Shown here: piece after piece, positions 1 through 10,646 of the stretch
How the letters are laid out: every line of letters begins with the position of its first letter
Position numbering within the stretch: the first letter of the stretch is position 1
From: Rhizodiscina lignyota
Taxonomy: Eukaryota
Assembly: GCA_010015805.1 (NCBI GenBank)
Contig: ML978142.1
Span: forward strand, 247,831-267,830
DNA: 20,000 nt
Direction of reading: 5' to 3'
Notes under the pieces: model-generated
What the model was told of the DNA's origin: nothing
Database searches by the model: none
What the model saw: only the letters and a program-made list of their open reading frames with translations
Made by a program: the position numbers and the translations under genes

Positions 1-93
1 GTGCATGACTCGCCTTAAAGAGTCACCCACTGGCTTGGAGATCACCAGATCCGCATTAGTTTGTTATGTGTCAAGTTAAAAGAAGGGGAGAGG

Positions 94-300
94 GAGAGCT
101 TGACTTGAGAACGGAAAGAACTCCCAGCAGTCCATTTGATACGTGAAACAAAGAAAGAGCAGAAATCGATAGATTTGCATCGCCTACTTCTTGTATTCCC
201 AAGCTGAATTGCCTTGAAGTGTTGTCGTTCCAAAGTTTCTTTGTTTCACGTATCAAATGGACTGCTGGCATGACTCACTTCGGTTTCAAGTCCTGCTCTC
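94..300. repeat. Inverted repeat / long hairpin with a perfect 33-bp stem and 79-nt loop
   Basis: 124-156 (ccagcagtccatttgatacgtgaaacaaagaaa) is the exact reverse complement of 236-268. Outer arms 94-110 and 284-300 match at 14/17. Confidence 0.9.
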
Positions 301-1126
301 TTATTGCTTTGCCCACGTGCTCCACTTGTACTCCATTTCTCTAAGGTCTATTACAAAGGCCATTAAACACCTTCCCATAATGCGCCTTGCCTGAGTTTTG
401 CAAAGCTCCTCGAAATAGACAGTCGCAACGAGAGCCTAAAGCAGGCAAAGGAAAGTGCAAAGTAGGAAAACGAAACAAAAACCGCGCAACTAGAGAACTT
501 ACAGAAGGTATAGTCTTGCTTGAAGCATGCTTATAAGATCTACACTAGCGCGTTCTCAACACCGCGGTCTCACAATCAAAAGGCTCCAAGACTAAGATCC
601 GTCGTATTCATCAACCAACTCCTAAAATTGACGGCAGGTGGATTGGATATAAAGAGTGTTTCATTCGACATGCAACCGCGTTGACGAGACTTGATATGTT
701 CAAAGGTGGAACATGCCACTTTCATTACTGTTGCCCTATTTTGCTGACCTAGTTTAGCAATCTCTATAAACTCTGGCGGGGTGGGGATGTCTTGTTCTTG
801 CAGTACGGTGAAAGTGGGACCTCTCGACAAGGAGCCCTCACAATCAAGTTACAGGGCCATGGATCTGGGAACACATTGGATGACGATACGGACTGTATAG
901 CTTTATGCCGGATGTTTTTCACTTTTCCTTCTCGGAAAGGGCTGTATCGTTGCGGCTTTGCAGTTCTGTAGCTTCAGTAAATGCAGGCAGTGCTAATCCG
1001 CGCTGTCAAGAATCTGTCTTCTCCACGTAGAGCCTGCAGTTCCTCCTATTGAATTGAAATAGTTGTCGTCTTTTAGCCAGCATTGCAATGATTGTTGTCA
1101 ACATCGGTCAACTTGTATCATGCTCG

Positions 1127-1170
1127 CCCCCCCCCCCCCCCCCCCCACACCAAAACACCAACACACACAC
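1127..1170 (+). repeat. Poly-C homopolymer (20 C) followed by a short CA-rich tract
   Basis: Direct reading: C run at 1127-1146, then acaccaaaacaccaacacacacac. Confidence 0.95.
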
Positions 1171-1571
1171 AAAACGTCCAAATTACTCTCTTTATACCTC
1201 GTGTACCTGAGGACTAGTCTCACTCACTTGGTATTTTCGGCATAGTAGCCATCATGACCGGAATTACACGGATTAGAGATCGGGACAGACACTCATGCAT
1301 GTCACGAATGGGAGGCAATGCAGAGAATATCCTGAAGTTTAAACGCTACTCCGAAAAATTATACTTGATCCGCAAGCTTTCCAAACCAATTACTTGCCAA
1401 TAGCATAAAAACCTCTTCTCTCAATTTACAGTATGCACTCTAAGCGACTAGTTCGCTTCCTCAATCAGTCTCCGACCGTTTCGCACACAAGCACCGGTCC
1501 CCAGACGGTCGTGTCACCACTTCGCTGCCGAATTTTGTGCCCGGGCTACATCTTGCGAAGCATGTATACCG

Positions 1572-1850
1572 TTACTTCAAGAGGTAGGGGCTGCGGTCGG
1601 GCGTTAAGAGGCCGAGGATGACGACGTAGAGACATTCCAGGAGACTGGAGATGACAATGTAGAGGGCTTCCAGGAGGGCCCGGAGAGTGCAACTGAGCAA
1701 GTAGAAGAAGATGGTCCTGACGGTGGGCTAGATGAGGGCCATAATAGCGGCACGGGTAGTGATGGCGTAGTCAAAGACGAGGACCATGAGAACCAGAGCG
1801 AGGATGTTGTACATGTCATCCATAGTGAGTCTGCCCGGTGACGTATTCAT
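1572..1850 (-). pseudogene. Small hydrophobic (membrane) protein gene with one premature TAG
   Basis: GCCGCCATG start at 1850. Reads MNTSPGRLTMDDMYNILALVLMVLVFDYAITTRAAIMALI*PTVRTIFFYLLSCTLRALLEALYIVISSLLECLYVVILGLLTPDRSPYLLK*. Strong C-ending codon bias, in-frame TAG at 1728-1730, internal repeat LLEALYIVI/LLECLYVVI. Confidence 0.55.
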
Positions 1851-2929
1851 GGCGGCGCCTAGAAATTAGCAACTGATGTCCAGAGCGTCAGTTGGCTTAC
1901 TTAAACTTACCGGCGAAGCTGGATGAAAAATCGAAAAAGGCGAGTTGATTGACTTTGCACTTGCTGGCTCTCTGGAGTGATATTTGGGCTGGCAGTGCAA
2001 ATCCACTCTTGGTGCTATCAAATGTATATATAGGCAAAATCTTCCTGCGTCTCCTGATTGTCGACTGTCTTAAAGCGGTGTTGAAACTATAGTCTCAAAC
2101 TAAGACAATCGATAAGGAGGCGCAACTGTCGCAAAGGAGGGTAAATGAGGATGTCTTAGAGTCACACAAGGAGAACATCGTAGCATCCACCTCTTCAATA
2201 TCCCCTGAAACTATGCGATGAAAGGACTATGGAGTCTGGAAGCGCAGCATCGTCAAGGAGTCGCACTAACGACAAAGGACGCATCATTCACTAATTCTCG
2301 GTTCACAGGTTTACCCCTCCTCAGTCGGGTTGGCTCGAAATGTATCAAAATACGTCTTAGAACCTCAGGAAACGAGGCTTGAGGCTGGATAAGGTAGGCT
2401 GATGATGATCCCTCCTTGACCTGTCGTGAGACCTCCCTAAAATTCGCCGCTGACAGCCATTGCTGCTGCAGAGTCACGATTGACCCTACCCTCGTCGTCA
2501 TCCTAAGGAGATAAAGAAAAAGGAGAGCCCAAAGTTTGAAGCAGACCAGACCTTTCGTCGTGCCGGGTCGCGTCGCGCCGCCGTTGGATTGCTTGCGTAC
2601 GCGATACCGGAATGGTAAATAGTCGGGCAGTCGGATTTTTTTCAGGTTTTTTAATTTGTTTAATTTGAATTTTTGCCCCTAAAAATTACTGCATCGATGG
2701 CTGCTATGGCTCATGTTTACTATTACTCCACATCGAGAGCATTTGTTTGTTTCTTGACGACCTACTAATATCTCCTCTCACCTCAAGCACCAACCGAGTT
2801 CCCTTACCAGCTTTAGCATCCCCAGAGAATGCTTCGCAAGTCCAATGCTTGCAATCAGTAGCAAGGCTGTCAAATCTCTCAACTACCTGAGGTGGGTGAG
2901 GTTGGTGTCTCTCCCGGGTATTCTCGACA

Positions 2930-4300
2930 GCGGAAGCCAGCAGGTGAGACTTGCCCCTTGGAGACGGACCGCTCATGCGTTTAGAGACTCAGTCTTATCC
3001 TTCGGCAACGTACTTGAGACGTTACTGGATCGATCGATCGCAAGGACAATGCTCCCAACCCTACGGAAGAGGCTTCCACTGTGTGAATGGATAGTAGCGG
3101 ACCAGGGACCTCGGTATGCTCGGCCGGCAGCGTCGAACATCACGTCTCAGGGGTGCAACACGGACTGTACAATAGAACGCGTGTACCGTACGTAGAGTTA
3201 GCCAACTATTCCACTTGCAGAAGTTGTGCGGCATTCTCTTCCGAGGACCCAATATCCCTAAGCATTCCATTCAGCGAGTGTGCGTGACTCTGTGAAATCC
3301 GCGAAGCATTCGTTGTGAGAGATTGGGAGCGGAGGAAGCTGGTTCTCGCCTCCAGGCACTCCTTCTCTCCAGACTGGCAGACTAGTGCTGTCAGCACTTC
3401 ATGCATCAAATGGTACAAGGCGGTGGGCGAAAGTAAAGCTTGATAGTGGGCGTTCTGGAGCCTACATTGACTGTTGACGGGATTGAGATTGCAGCTCAAG
3501 ATAGCGACTAATGTGAACAACGCGTCTTTCTCGGCCTTCTAATACGAGACGGGCTAGAACTCGACGGAGATCGATTCCGACTAAAGCGATACCGACATCG
3601 ACGACGAAGCCGATTGCCGCGCCTTGCCTCATACTTCGCCTCATACGTCGATAAGGATGCAGATGATGGTGGGCCAATCTCTGACCTCCCTTCTATAGAC
3701 ACTCGGTCAGTCGGTTAGCCAGCCAAATAGCTAAGCCGTCGAACATGCCAATAGAGCTAGACAAAGGAAAATCGAGCCAGGGACGGCGGACTCTGCTGAG
3801 AGACTGTACCCTGTCCTGGATTGCGCGTCGACTGAACCTGCGAGGAGATGGTGAAAGTTGCGAACATCGTAGTGGAGACGATGCCAGAGGCTAGGTACCG
3901 CAATTGGAATGATACACTTCAAATTAACAACCACGAAGACTACCTCAGAGACGATAGTGTAGTCGTCGGACAATCACAGGCCTTTGGAGCGATTTACCAT
4001 TAGACCCATCCTGAAGGTCATTATCGCCGACTTTCCGAAAACGACAGCACCGGTGTGACTCGGTTAGCAGGAGCGATGAATATGACCCTGCCCCTCTCTA
4101 GCCGTAGTGTAGAACAACCCTCCCCAACCAAACGAAGGACAGTGACACTGCCAATAGTCTACCCGCATCTATGCCAGGTAGTGTTTCCGCCATCCACGAG
4201 GGTGACGGCAGACCTGACAATGTCAACGTGGGCACGAGCATGAGGATAGCTACAACGAGCACCACGATGGCAGCGACTGACCGTACCGGTATAGCCAGAC
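2930..4300 (+). pseudogene. Heavily degenerate probable paralog of the 4098-5945 gene
   Basis: Fragments in shifting frames: VRLAPWRRTAH (~2944), SWFSP (3337-3351), then QTSAVSTSCIKWYKAVGE, candidate intron GTAAAG..TGCAG (3433-3494), acidic DSD*SDTDIDDEAD, and RKRQHRCDSVSRSDEYDP..PSPTKRR (4036-4140). Many stops and frameshifts; ends approximate. Confidence 0.45.
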
Positions 4301-5945
4301 CCTGTCGTTTTCGCGACTGCGATGTTGGTAGAGGCACGGTGCTGGCAGCTCTCTGCTTCTGCTGCCGTTTGAGTTTCGTAATCATTGGTCCATCCTCACT
4401 ATGCTGAACAGTTGGCAGGCGATTCGGGTCCAGGCTAGCCGTCATGGACGCGGCGGGATCTGCAGCAATGTAACGGCGCCCACCCGGTTCACCGTCACTC
4501 TGAGCTAGTGTTACGCTCGACATCGTAGCCAAGTGAGGATCGCCAAATTTCGGGTCTGCCGAGTGCGCAGACGAAGTGACTTGCTCCCTCCCCCTGCGTG
4601 GCTTGCGTCCTTTCGAAATGTCGCCAAACGACTCTTCGTACTCGGCAAAAACATCATAGACATTTCCTTCAGCAGCTGCCGGTAGAGAGTGCTTCTGGGA
4701 AGACAACAGCTCATCTTCTTGGCTTACGCCTGGTCGACCATACTGCTCGTACTCTCCAGCATCAGTTGCATCGCGAGGTATGCCCCAACCAGCCTGAATG
4801 TCATTGTAGTTCTTGCGAATTGTGCCACTGTCATTGGCAGCACAGACGAGCGGTTGCCCAGCAGGGTGATTGACGCTATCTTCGGCAGGTAGGGTATGAC
4901 TCGAGGAAGGAAGGGCTTCCACATCGACTGGCGGAGCCGATATGGAAGGGTCGTCGTTGTCATCAGTTGCTGCTGCGGTGGCAGGAGTGGCGTCAGGCCC
5001 TGTATCAGATCCATCGCCTCCATCTTCATCGTCACCCAGCAGAATTGGTAGGTCTAATGAATGTCGGGTCGATAAGCATGGCTGAGGGAAACTGGGGATC
5101 GAACATGATGGGACTCACCTCGACTGCCGACTCTGCCTATGTCATTTGTGATAGCAGCTGAACCAAATGCTGCTGAGCCTTGACTGCCTCGGCTCTGCTC
5201 GGTCGAGGAACGGCCCTTCACATTTCCTTTGCACTTCCCGGAGATCAAATCCGCAACAGTTGGCCATTCGTCCTCGTCATCACTCTCGTCTGAGTGATCC
5301 AAACAATGAGCTTGCGCGCTGATCAGCAAGGAAAGCTCTCAGCCGTGAGAGCACACCTTACTCATGATGCTAGCAGCTCCACGTTCGTGCTGAGAAACGC
5401 CCTCATCCGACCCCTCGCCACTGCCACCAGCATTGCATGTGAACTTCGGGCGCTGCTGAATAGGCACAGATACGCGTGCGGTCACTGAGGGCTTCGCGTG
5501 CGTCTCACCAAGTGAGAAGAGTTGGAGGGCGGCCGGTAGAAAATGACTGAATCCATTGAAGAAGCGTGCAGTTTCAATGCTTGGCTCTTTGTCAAACGTC
5601 AAATTTGAGAAGTGATCAAGAGGGGAGAATTCGAGCTCTGATTGATTATGAACGCGGGCGCGAGAGGCATTTATACACCTGCTGAGCGCCCTAATCCCAC
5701 CGGCATCGCCGTCCAGGGATTTTATCTTCCGCCGCATGGCTGAGTCCAAGTGCGACGAATGCCAGTCGCACATCATGCCCGTGGCAACTATCCAAGTCCA
5801 ATTACAGTCTTGATGGAGCCCTCAGCCCCTAATCTCCACCTCCCTGAAACTGAACAGTCAGGCTCCACAAGCTAAATGAGGAGTTTGTGTCCCGTTGAAG
5901 GCGCCACGCGGCACTCCAATCCCTCTATAGCTGTAGAGGCTGCAT
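4098..5945 (-). pseudogene. Spliced hypothetical gene: conserved-looking N-terminal domain plus long disordered region; 5' lesions and probable 3' truncation
   Basis: ORFs 5339-5776, 5054-5329 and 4098-4922 join in frame through two phase-1 introns: 5361-5311 (GTAAGG..CTGAT..AAG) and 5118-5054 (GTGAGT..TAG). Upstream MQPLQL*RDWSAAWRLQRD..VQFQ(fs)EVEIRG*GLHQDCNWTWIVATGMM carries TAG (5925-5927), a frameshift near 5844 and TGA (5822-5824). Could still be translated from ATG 5776. Confidence 0.65.
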
Positions 5946-6879
5946 GGTTGCTGCACTTGAGGCATTTTTGATACCGCCGATGTGCGACGGTGGTCCAATG
6001 GATGTGAGATGGAGCATCACCCCCTCTTGACACGGGCCATCATCCCTGAGCTGAGGCGTGGCCAGGAGGATTCGCAGAGGGTGTCGCCGCAGAGAAAATG
6101 GCACGAAGGGTAGTCTGCAGACTGGATTGAACCACGCATGACACCCGCTTTCGCAAGATGGTGTTATGCAGCCAACGTCAGCTCGATGCAGCTCTTCTCC
6201 ACTGACAACTCGGCTTGAACCAGGTCGGCACAATCTGATGCCGAAGATGTTGGATGGGTAATGCTCGAATCTGGCTAGGCATTGAATGCAACGCAATGCG
6301 ACCGGTCACGAGTGCCGATCATGTCGCAGAAGCGAGCCGGCCTGCAATCTCCGAGGCTGGTCACAAGAAGCCCGGTTCGACAAGCAATCTCATGCATTAT
6401 GCGACATTGGTAGCAGTGTCACAAGACACTAGTGGAGGGGGCGGTGTTGAGCTGATCCTGAATTCAGCCGAGAGAGGTGGAGGCGGCATGCGCAATTTCC
6501 CCTGTTCAAGGCAGCCGTCGCAGCCGGCAGCGCCTGAGCTGCTTGGGCCGCCGGGGGCTTGTGTGCCTGGAGGTCGATAGAGAGCATCGAAGATGGAGAG
6601 ATTGATAGCAACAGTCGAGCGAGGATTTGGAAAGATGCCAAATCACATTGGTGTTCCAAGAAGAGATCGATCGAGTCGTAGGAGCTGCTTCGAGCCAGCC
6701 TTCCCGGGACACCAAGTGGAAGGGGGTAGAAAGGGTTAGCGGGCGAGCGAGCAAGAGGAGACGTGAAAGCTGTCAATGACTATTGAAAGACGAGGAATGA
6801 GGTGGCCCTAGACGAGGCGGTGAAGCGGCGAAGCGGCGAAGCGAGAAACCTTGCGCGTGAGCTATGGCATGTAGCCAGA

Positions 6880-6966
6880 CGCAAAGCCTCGTGGAGCGGG
6901 AATATGAAAGGGGTGGGAATGATGAGACGAGAGAGTGGAGTAATTAGGAGGGTAAGTGCTTTTATA
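6880..6966 (-). promoter_or_regulatory. TATA box followed by a CT-rich tract (fungal core promoter-like)
   Basis: TATAAAA on the minus strand at 6966-6960, followed by pyrimidine-rich ctccactctctcgtctcatcattcccacccctttc. Confidence 0.4.
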
Positions 6967-7078
6967 GAGGAGGTTCAAGGCCGATTACATAAGGGCCGAA
7001 AAGTCACGCTAAACCGGAAGCGGAGGACGGCCTAAACCTGAGGGGAGTTCCCTCGAACAACTTTACAGGTCAAGGACC

Positions 7079-8046
7079 GTGCCTTTTCTCCTTAGGAACA
7101 ATATCGCAAAAGCTCGTGTAAACTATGGAGACTTCGGCTTTTCCACCACCTCCAATGAACAGAATCAAGGACGCGATCCATATGAGCTCGGGGGGTGCGC
7201 TGCCGCCGAAGAAGCCTGCCACCAAGCAGAAGTTCCGGAGAGCGTTATGTATGAGTCAGATTTACCAATGAGCACGATCCAACCCAGAGCCAGGAGCCGA
7301 CCACTGATTTGAAGCAGATTTACGAATCTTCGGCCCCAGGAGTTGTGCAATCCTCCAATTTCGCCATGTGCCAAAGACGATCGTACGCCAATTGAAGCTG
7401 TACCGAAGCTCGCGCAATACCATCCTATTACGAGCCACCTCGTGAAGCCATCCGCCCGTCGAAAACGGGCCCTGCTCCGACCACGTCAAGAGCACGTAAG
7501 AGACGCCGGCTGCGCCATCGATCTTGAATACATACGCTGCGAAAAGGTCTATTGTGATTGTTTGATTGTGTTTTAATCGACCAGCAAACGGATGAAAGCT
7601 AATCGAGGACTTACGATAGCACTGGAATCAATCCTCGAAGACAGGCTGCCAGATGCAGCAGAGAACAGCCAGATGGCACATGGATTTTGAAGGTCATAGT
7701 GGGCGAGCACAATCATCAAGCGGCCCTGATTGGAATATCCTCGGTTCACAAAGGAGGAGACCCTTGAGTCCATAAGAGCAGCCGGCTAGATTGTGAGTTG
7801 GCTGTGCTGTGCGACACACCCATGCACAGTTGCAGTAGTGGTTTCCTGGAGTACTAGTTACAAAATAGGACGTCTTCAATAAACAGAAATCAACTGTCGA
7901 GGCTCTCATCTACGAGCTTGTAGGAGGCTATTGTTCTGCGTACGGAGTTCCCTGACACTCCAAGAAGAGCGAGCAATAGAGTAAGTGTCCATATCAGGGC
8001 GTCTTCACCATGATATTTGGAATGCGTTGTAGACACAATTCTTGAG
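7079..8046 (+). mobile_element. Degenerate Mutator-like (MULE) transposase derivative: FAR1/WRKY-GCM1-type zinc domain and SWIM-like motif, no DDE core
   Basis: QEHVRDAGCAI..YIRCEK, [candidate intron 7547-7619], SSKTGCQMQ (fs) QPDGTWILKVIVGEHNH (HNH at 7708-7716), then HAQLQ*WFPGVLVTK*DVFNKQKSTVEALIYEL, then SKCPYQGVFTMIFGMRCRH (7980-8036). These match typical fungal MULE motifs. TAG stops at 7836 and 7866; 5' limit uncertain; no TIRs found. Confidence 0.7.
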
Positions 8047-8687
8047 TGCGAACATGACGAAGCTGCCAAAGCGACAAGAGGGGTTTTCAATTCATGCAGA
8101 CGAGCAGCGTGTACCGAATGCCGAATCGAAACCCGGCCGCAAATGCTCTAACAACCCGTGACGTGCATGCGAAGGGTGTGGGTCTATGTCTAAAGCCGCG
8201 CAGACCTTGCATTGATAGGGCTGGCGCTCCTCTACTTTCTAGGAGTTGGGAAATTAGGTTGACTTCGCAAAGTGTTGGTTTGATCGTTACGACGCCTGTT
8301 TCGTGTCTTGGTGTCAAGAGGTCCCGTCCGCAATCACCTGACAAGCAATACTGTCGTACTCAGCGTGCTAAATTTAGGAAAGGGCTTGTAGCAGCAAAAA
8401 GGTTGTATTCCATCTTTCACAGGTTTCTTGGCAAGTTTGGGATCACAAGTGCTGCGTATGACTCAACTCCTGCGCCTGTCGTAGAGGTAATAGCACATCT
8501 CTGGCCTTAACGACAGATCGTTGAAGCGTAATTCCTGTAGCCTAGTACACGACTTTACATGCTCAGGATGGAATCATGCAACATTACGACAGAGCCTTGT
8601 CAATCGAATATGAGAGACGACAGAAGCGTGAGCATGCCGGATGGATTTTTCGCCATAGCACCACGCATGGCGGTATCCTACCAGGAT

Positions 8688-9773
8688 CTACCTAAGAAGC
8701 CATATCGGTAGGCACGCAACCATCGAACCAGATAGCTGGACTGTCTCAGACGCGGAACCATCTGCGTTACGCTTGAATGCATATCTCAGCATGGTGCCTA
8801 TCTTCGCAGCGGATTCAGCCCTGGAGCGGATGCCAGTCTGCTGCGTATAGTCCCTTATTCCAGTCGAGGTCCAGAACTCGTCCCAAAACACAGCCTGGAT
8901 GCGCTCCCTGCAGATGTAATCATGCCAACCGCTGAGGTTCATGAATCCCAACGTCAACAGAAGGAAATCTAGCTCCATGCCGAAAGGGAGCACTGTCGCA
9001 AGGGACCAGTCAACGAGGCCTGTAATTTCGTGGGTATCTTTGTCGACCAAAACGTTGGTTAGGGAAAGATCACCATGGGTGAGTACTTGAGGGTACTCTT
9101 CATCGAAGAGGGCTGGGAGTCTGGACTCTAATTCGGAAATAGCTGAGGATGGGAGCGCGGACGAAGATGAGGTGAGGGCAGCGAGCCTGCGGCTGATTGC
9201 TGTCTTTTGGGTTGCTCGGATTTCGTAGTCCACACGTTGCGGTTTGGACCAACAGCGAGCGAAATACCTGGCGCCTGTAAGTCTCATTCCATGAGTCGAC
9301 CACCGGTGCAAGAAATCGAGGCATTAAGATTCATACCTCGCAAGGCTCTTAATGAAGCTGCAATGCCGAGTCTCCTCGTTGACATCCATGTCAACACTTC
9401 CGCTGATGCCGTTTAGGCACGGAATGCCTGGAAGGTACTGCATCACGTAGATGCCGAGAGGAGGGTCGGCGTCTTTTACTGCGCCGACGTCTGTCGTTTC
9501 AGGAACCAAGTTACCGTGGATGTTCTTTGCAAGCTCCACCATAGCCACATCGAGGTGGGCTTCCGGCTCTCGGAAGGACACAATAAAATTTCGCCCTCCT
9601 CGGCAGCTGGTGCAAATGACCGTGTAGCTGAATGCGCCAGGTGCATCAACAGGCCGTACCAACGAAGCGCCGGTAATCGATTGCGCCCTTTGATCGCAGT
9701 CTGCCTGGCTGGGCGAGTTGCGATGTTGGAAGAATTCCTCGACCGCTTGCTGGGCCCAAGACTTCGTACCCAT
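8688..9773 (-). CDS. APH / choline-kinase-like phosphotransferase (protein kinase-like fold), ~338 aa, 2 exons
   Basis: Exon 1 9773-9337, intron 9336-9268 (GTATGA..CAG), exon 2 9267-8688; 1017 nt open, junction reads SLARYFARCW. Brenner motif VLTHGDLSLTNVLVD and metal-binding GLVDWS are present. Confidence 0.92.
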
Positions 9774-10092
9774 AGTGTGGCGAATCGTGACTGTCCGTCT
9801 TTCGTGGACAAGCGAGAGTTTTGAAGCGCCTGGAGGGCAAATTAGAAAATGGTGCTAAAAGCACCACAGCTACAATTTCAAGGTTCACTTGTAAATTTCA
9901 GTGCTTGGCCAGAAGCTCACAGAGTGCGCGAGGCGGAGGCGATTGGTTGCCGCTTCGTTCAAAGTTGAATTTCGATGAGTTTGACATCTGTAGTTGGATG
10001 CGTACATCTCGAGAGTTCAAGCAACCCAAAAAAGCGCGGCAAATAGGTCAGCAGAGGGCCATTCAGACCAACCCTTTTTGAGTGTTTCCTGG

Positions 10093-10134
10093 GCGCGCTA
10101 GGCGCGGGCCGCTGTAGCCCGGGGTGTAGCGCGC
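10093..10134. repeat. GC-rich stem-loop in the divergent intergenic region
   Basis: gcgcgcta (10093-10100) pairs with tagcgcgc (10127-10134); inner cgggc pairs with gcccg. Confidence 0.55.
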
Positions 10135-10384
10135 AAGCACCTAAGCACGCTAAGCTAATGAAGGCTTATTGCTCTAAGGTAGTGCACCGCCTCTCGCGAG
10201 CATTCTCATGAAAAAGTGAACCGCGCCTCTTTCACGTACGCCTGAATCTCGAGCACCATGGGCCAAGTGTTTGCTGCAACGCGTGAATCGCTCTGATTGC
10301 GCGTCGGAGCCACCACCAATGAGGCTCTTGGCGGAGCCGGTCGCCATGCAAACTCAGTCGTATCAACGCCTTTCCTCCGTGTTC

Positions 10385-10646
10385 CAGGTTAATTGCTCAA
10401 ACAAACACTTGCGCGTTTGTTTGCGAGTATGTGGGCCGATTGAGACGCGTGCAAGGACACAATTATGGGCCGTGACGCTTGTCACTTGTGTGGTCTGTGT
10501 GCAATACTCTATTGTCGTTGGCCTGTGTGTTTTGTTGAAATCAAGTAAATTTGTTTGTGTGCAAGCCAAACACGCTGCTTGTTTGTTTGTGTTTGATTGC
10601 CAATCGCTCAAATGTTTTCAAGCTGCTTGTTTGAGTGACCGCACTG
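10385..10646. mobile_element. MITE-like relic with imperfect TIRs and caaac/gtttg subterminal motifs
   Basis: Left end caggttaattgctcaaacaaacacttg versus reverse complement of right end cagtgcggtcactcaaacaagcagcttg. Many tgtttg/caaaca motifs inside. No clear TSD. Confidence 0.5.

Noticed and set aside
380..1120. Coiled-coil-like plus fragment (LLEIDSRNESLKQAKESAK*ENE) and minus ORF 576-830
   Set aside because: Short, no recognisable motif, no gene model could be built.
1607..1841. Acidic plus-strand frame (EAEDDDVETFQE...) and S/P-rich ORF 1604-1819
   Set aside because: Better explained as shadows of the hydrophobic minus frame that has a Kozak-context start.
1900..2501. Minus ORF 2253-2501 and its downstream extension
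   Set aside because: No identifiable domain or splice structure.
8087..8510. ORFs 8094-8510 (+) and 8087-8344 (-); RCAIT..VIP faintly like a fungal HNH endonuclease
   Set aside because: Key His/Asn motifs are absent; similarity too weak.
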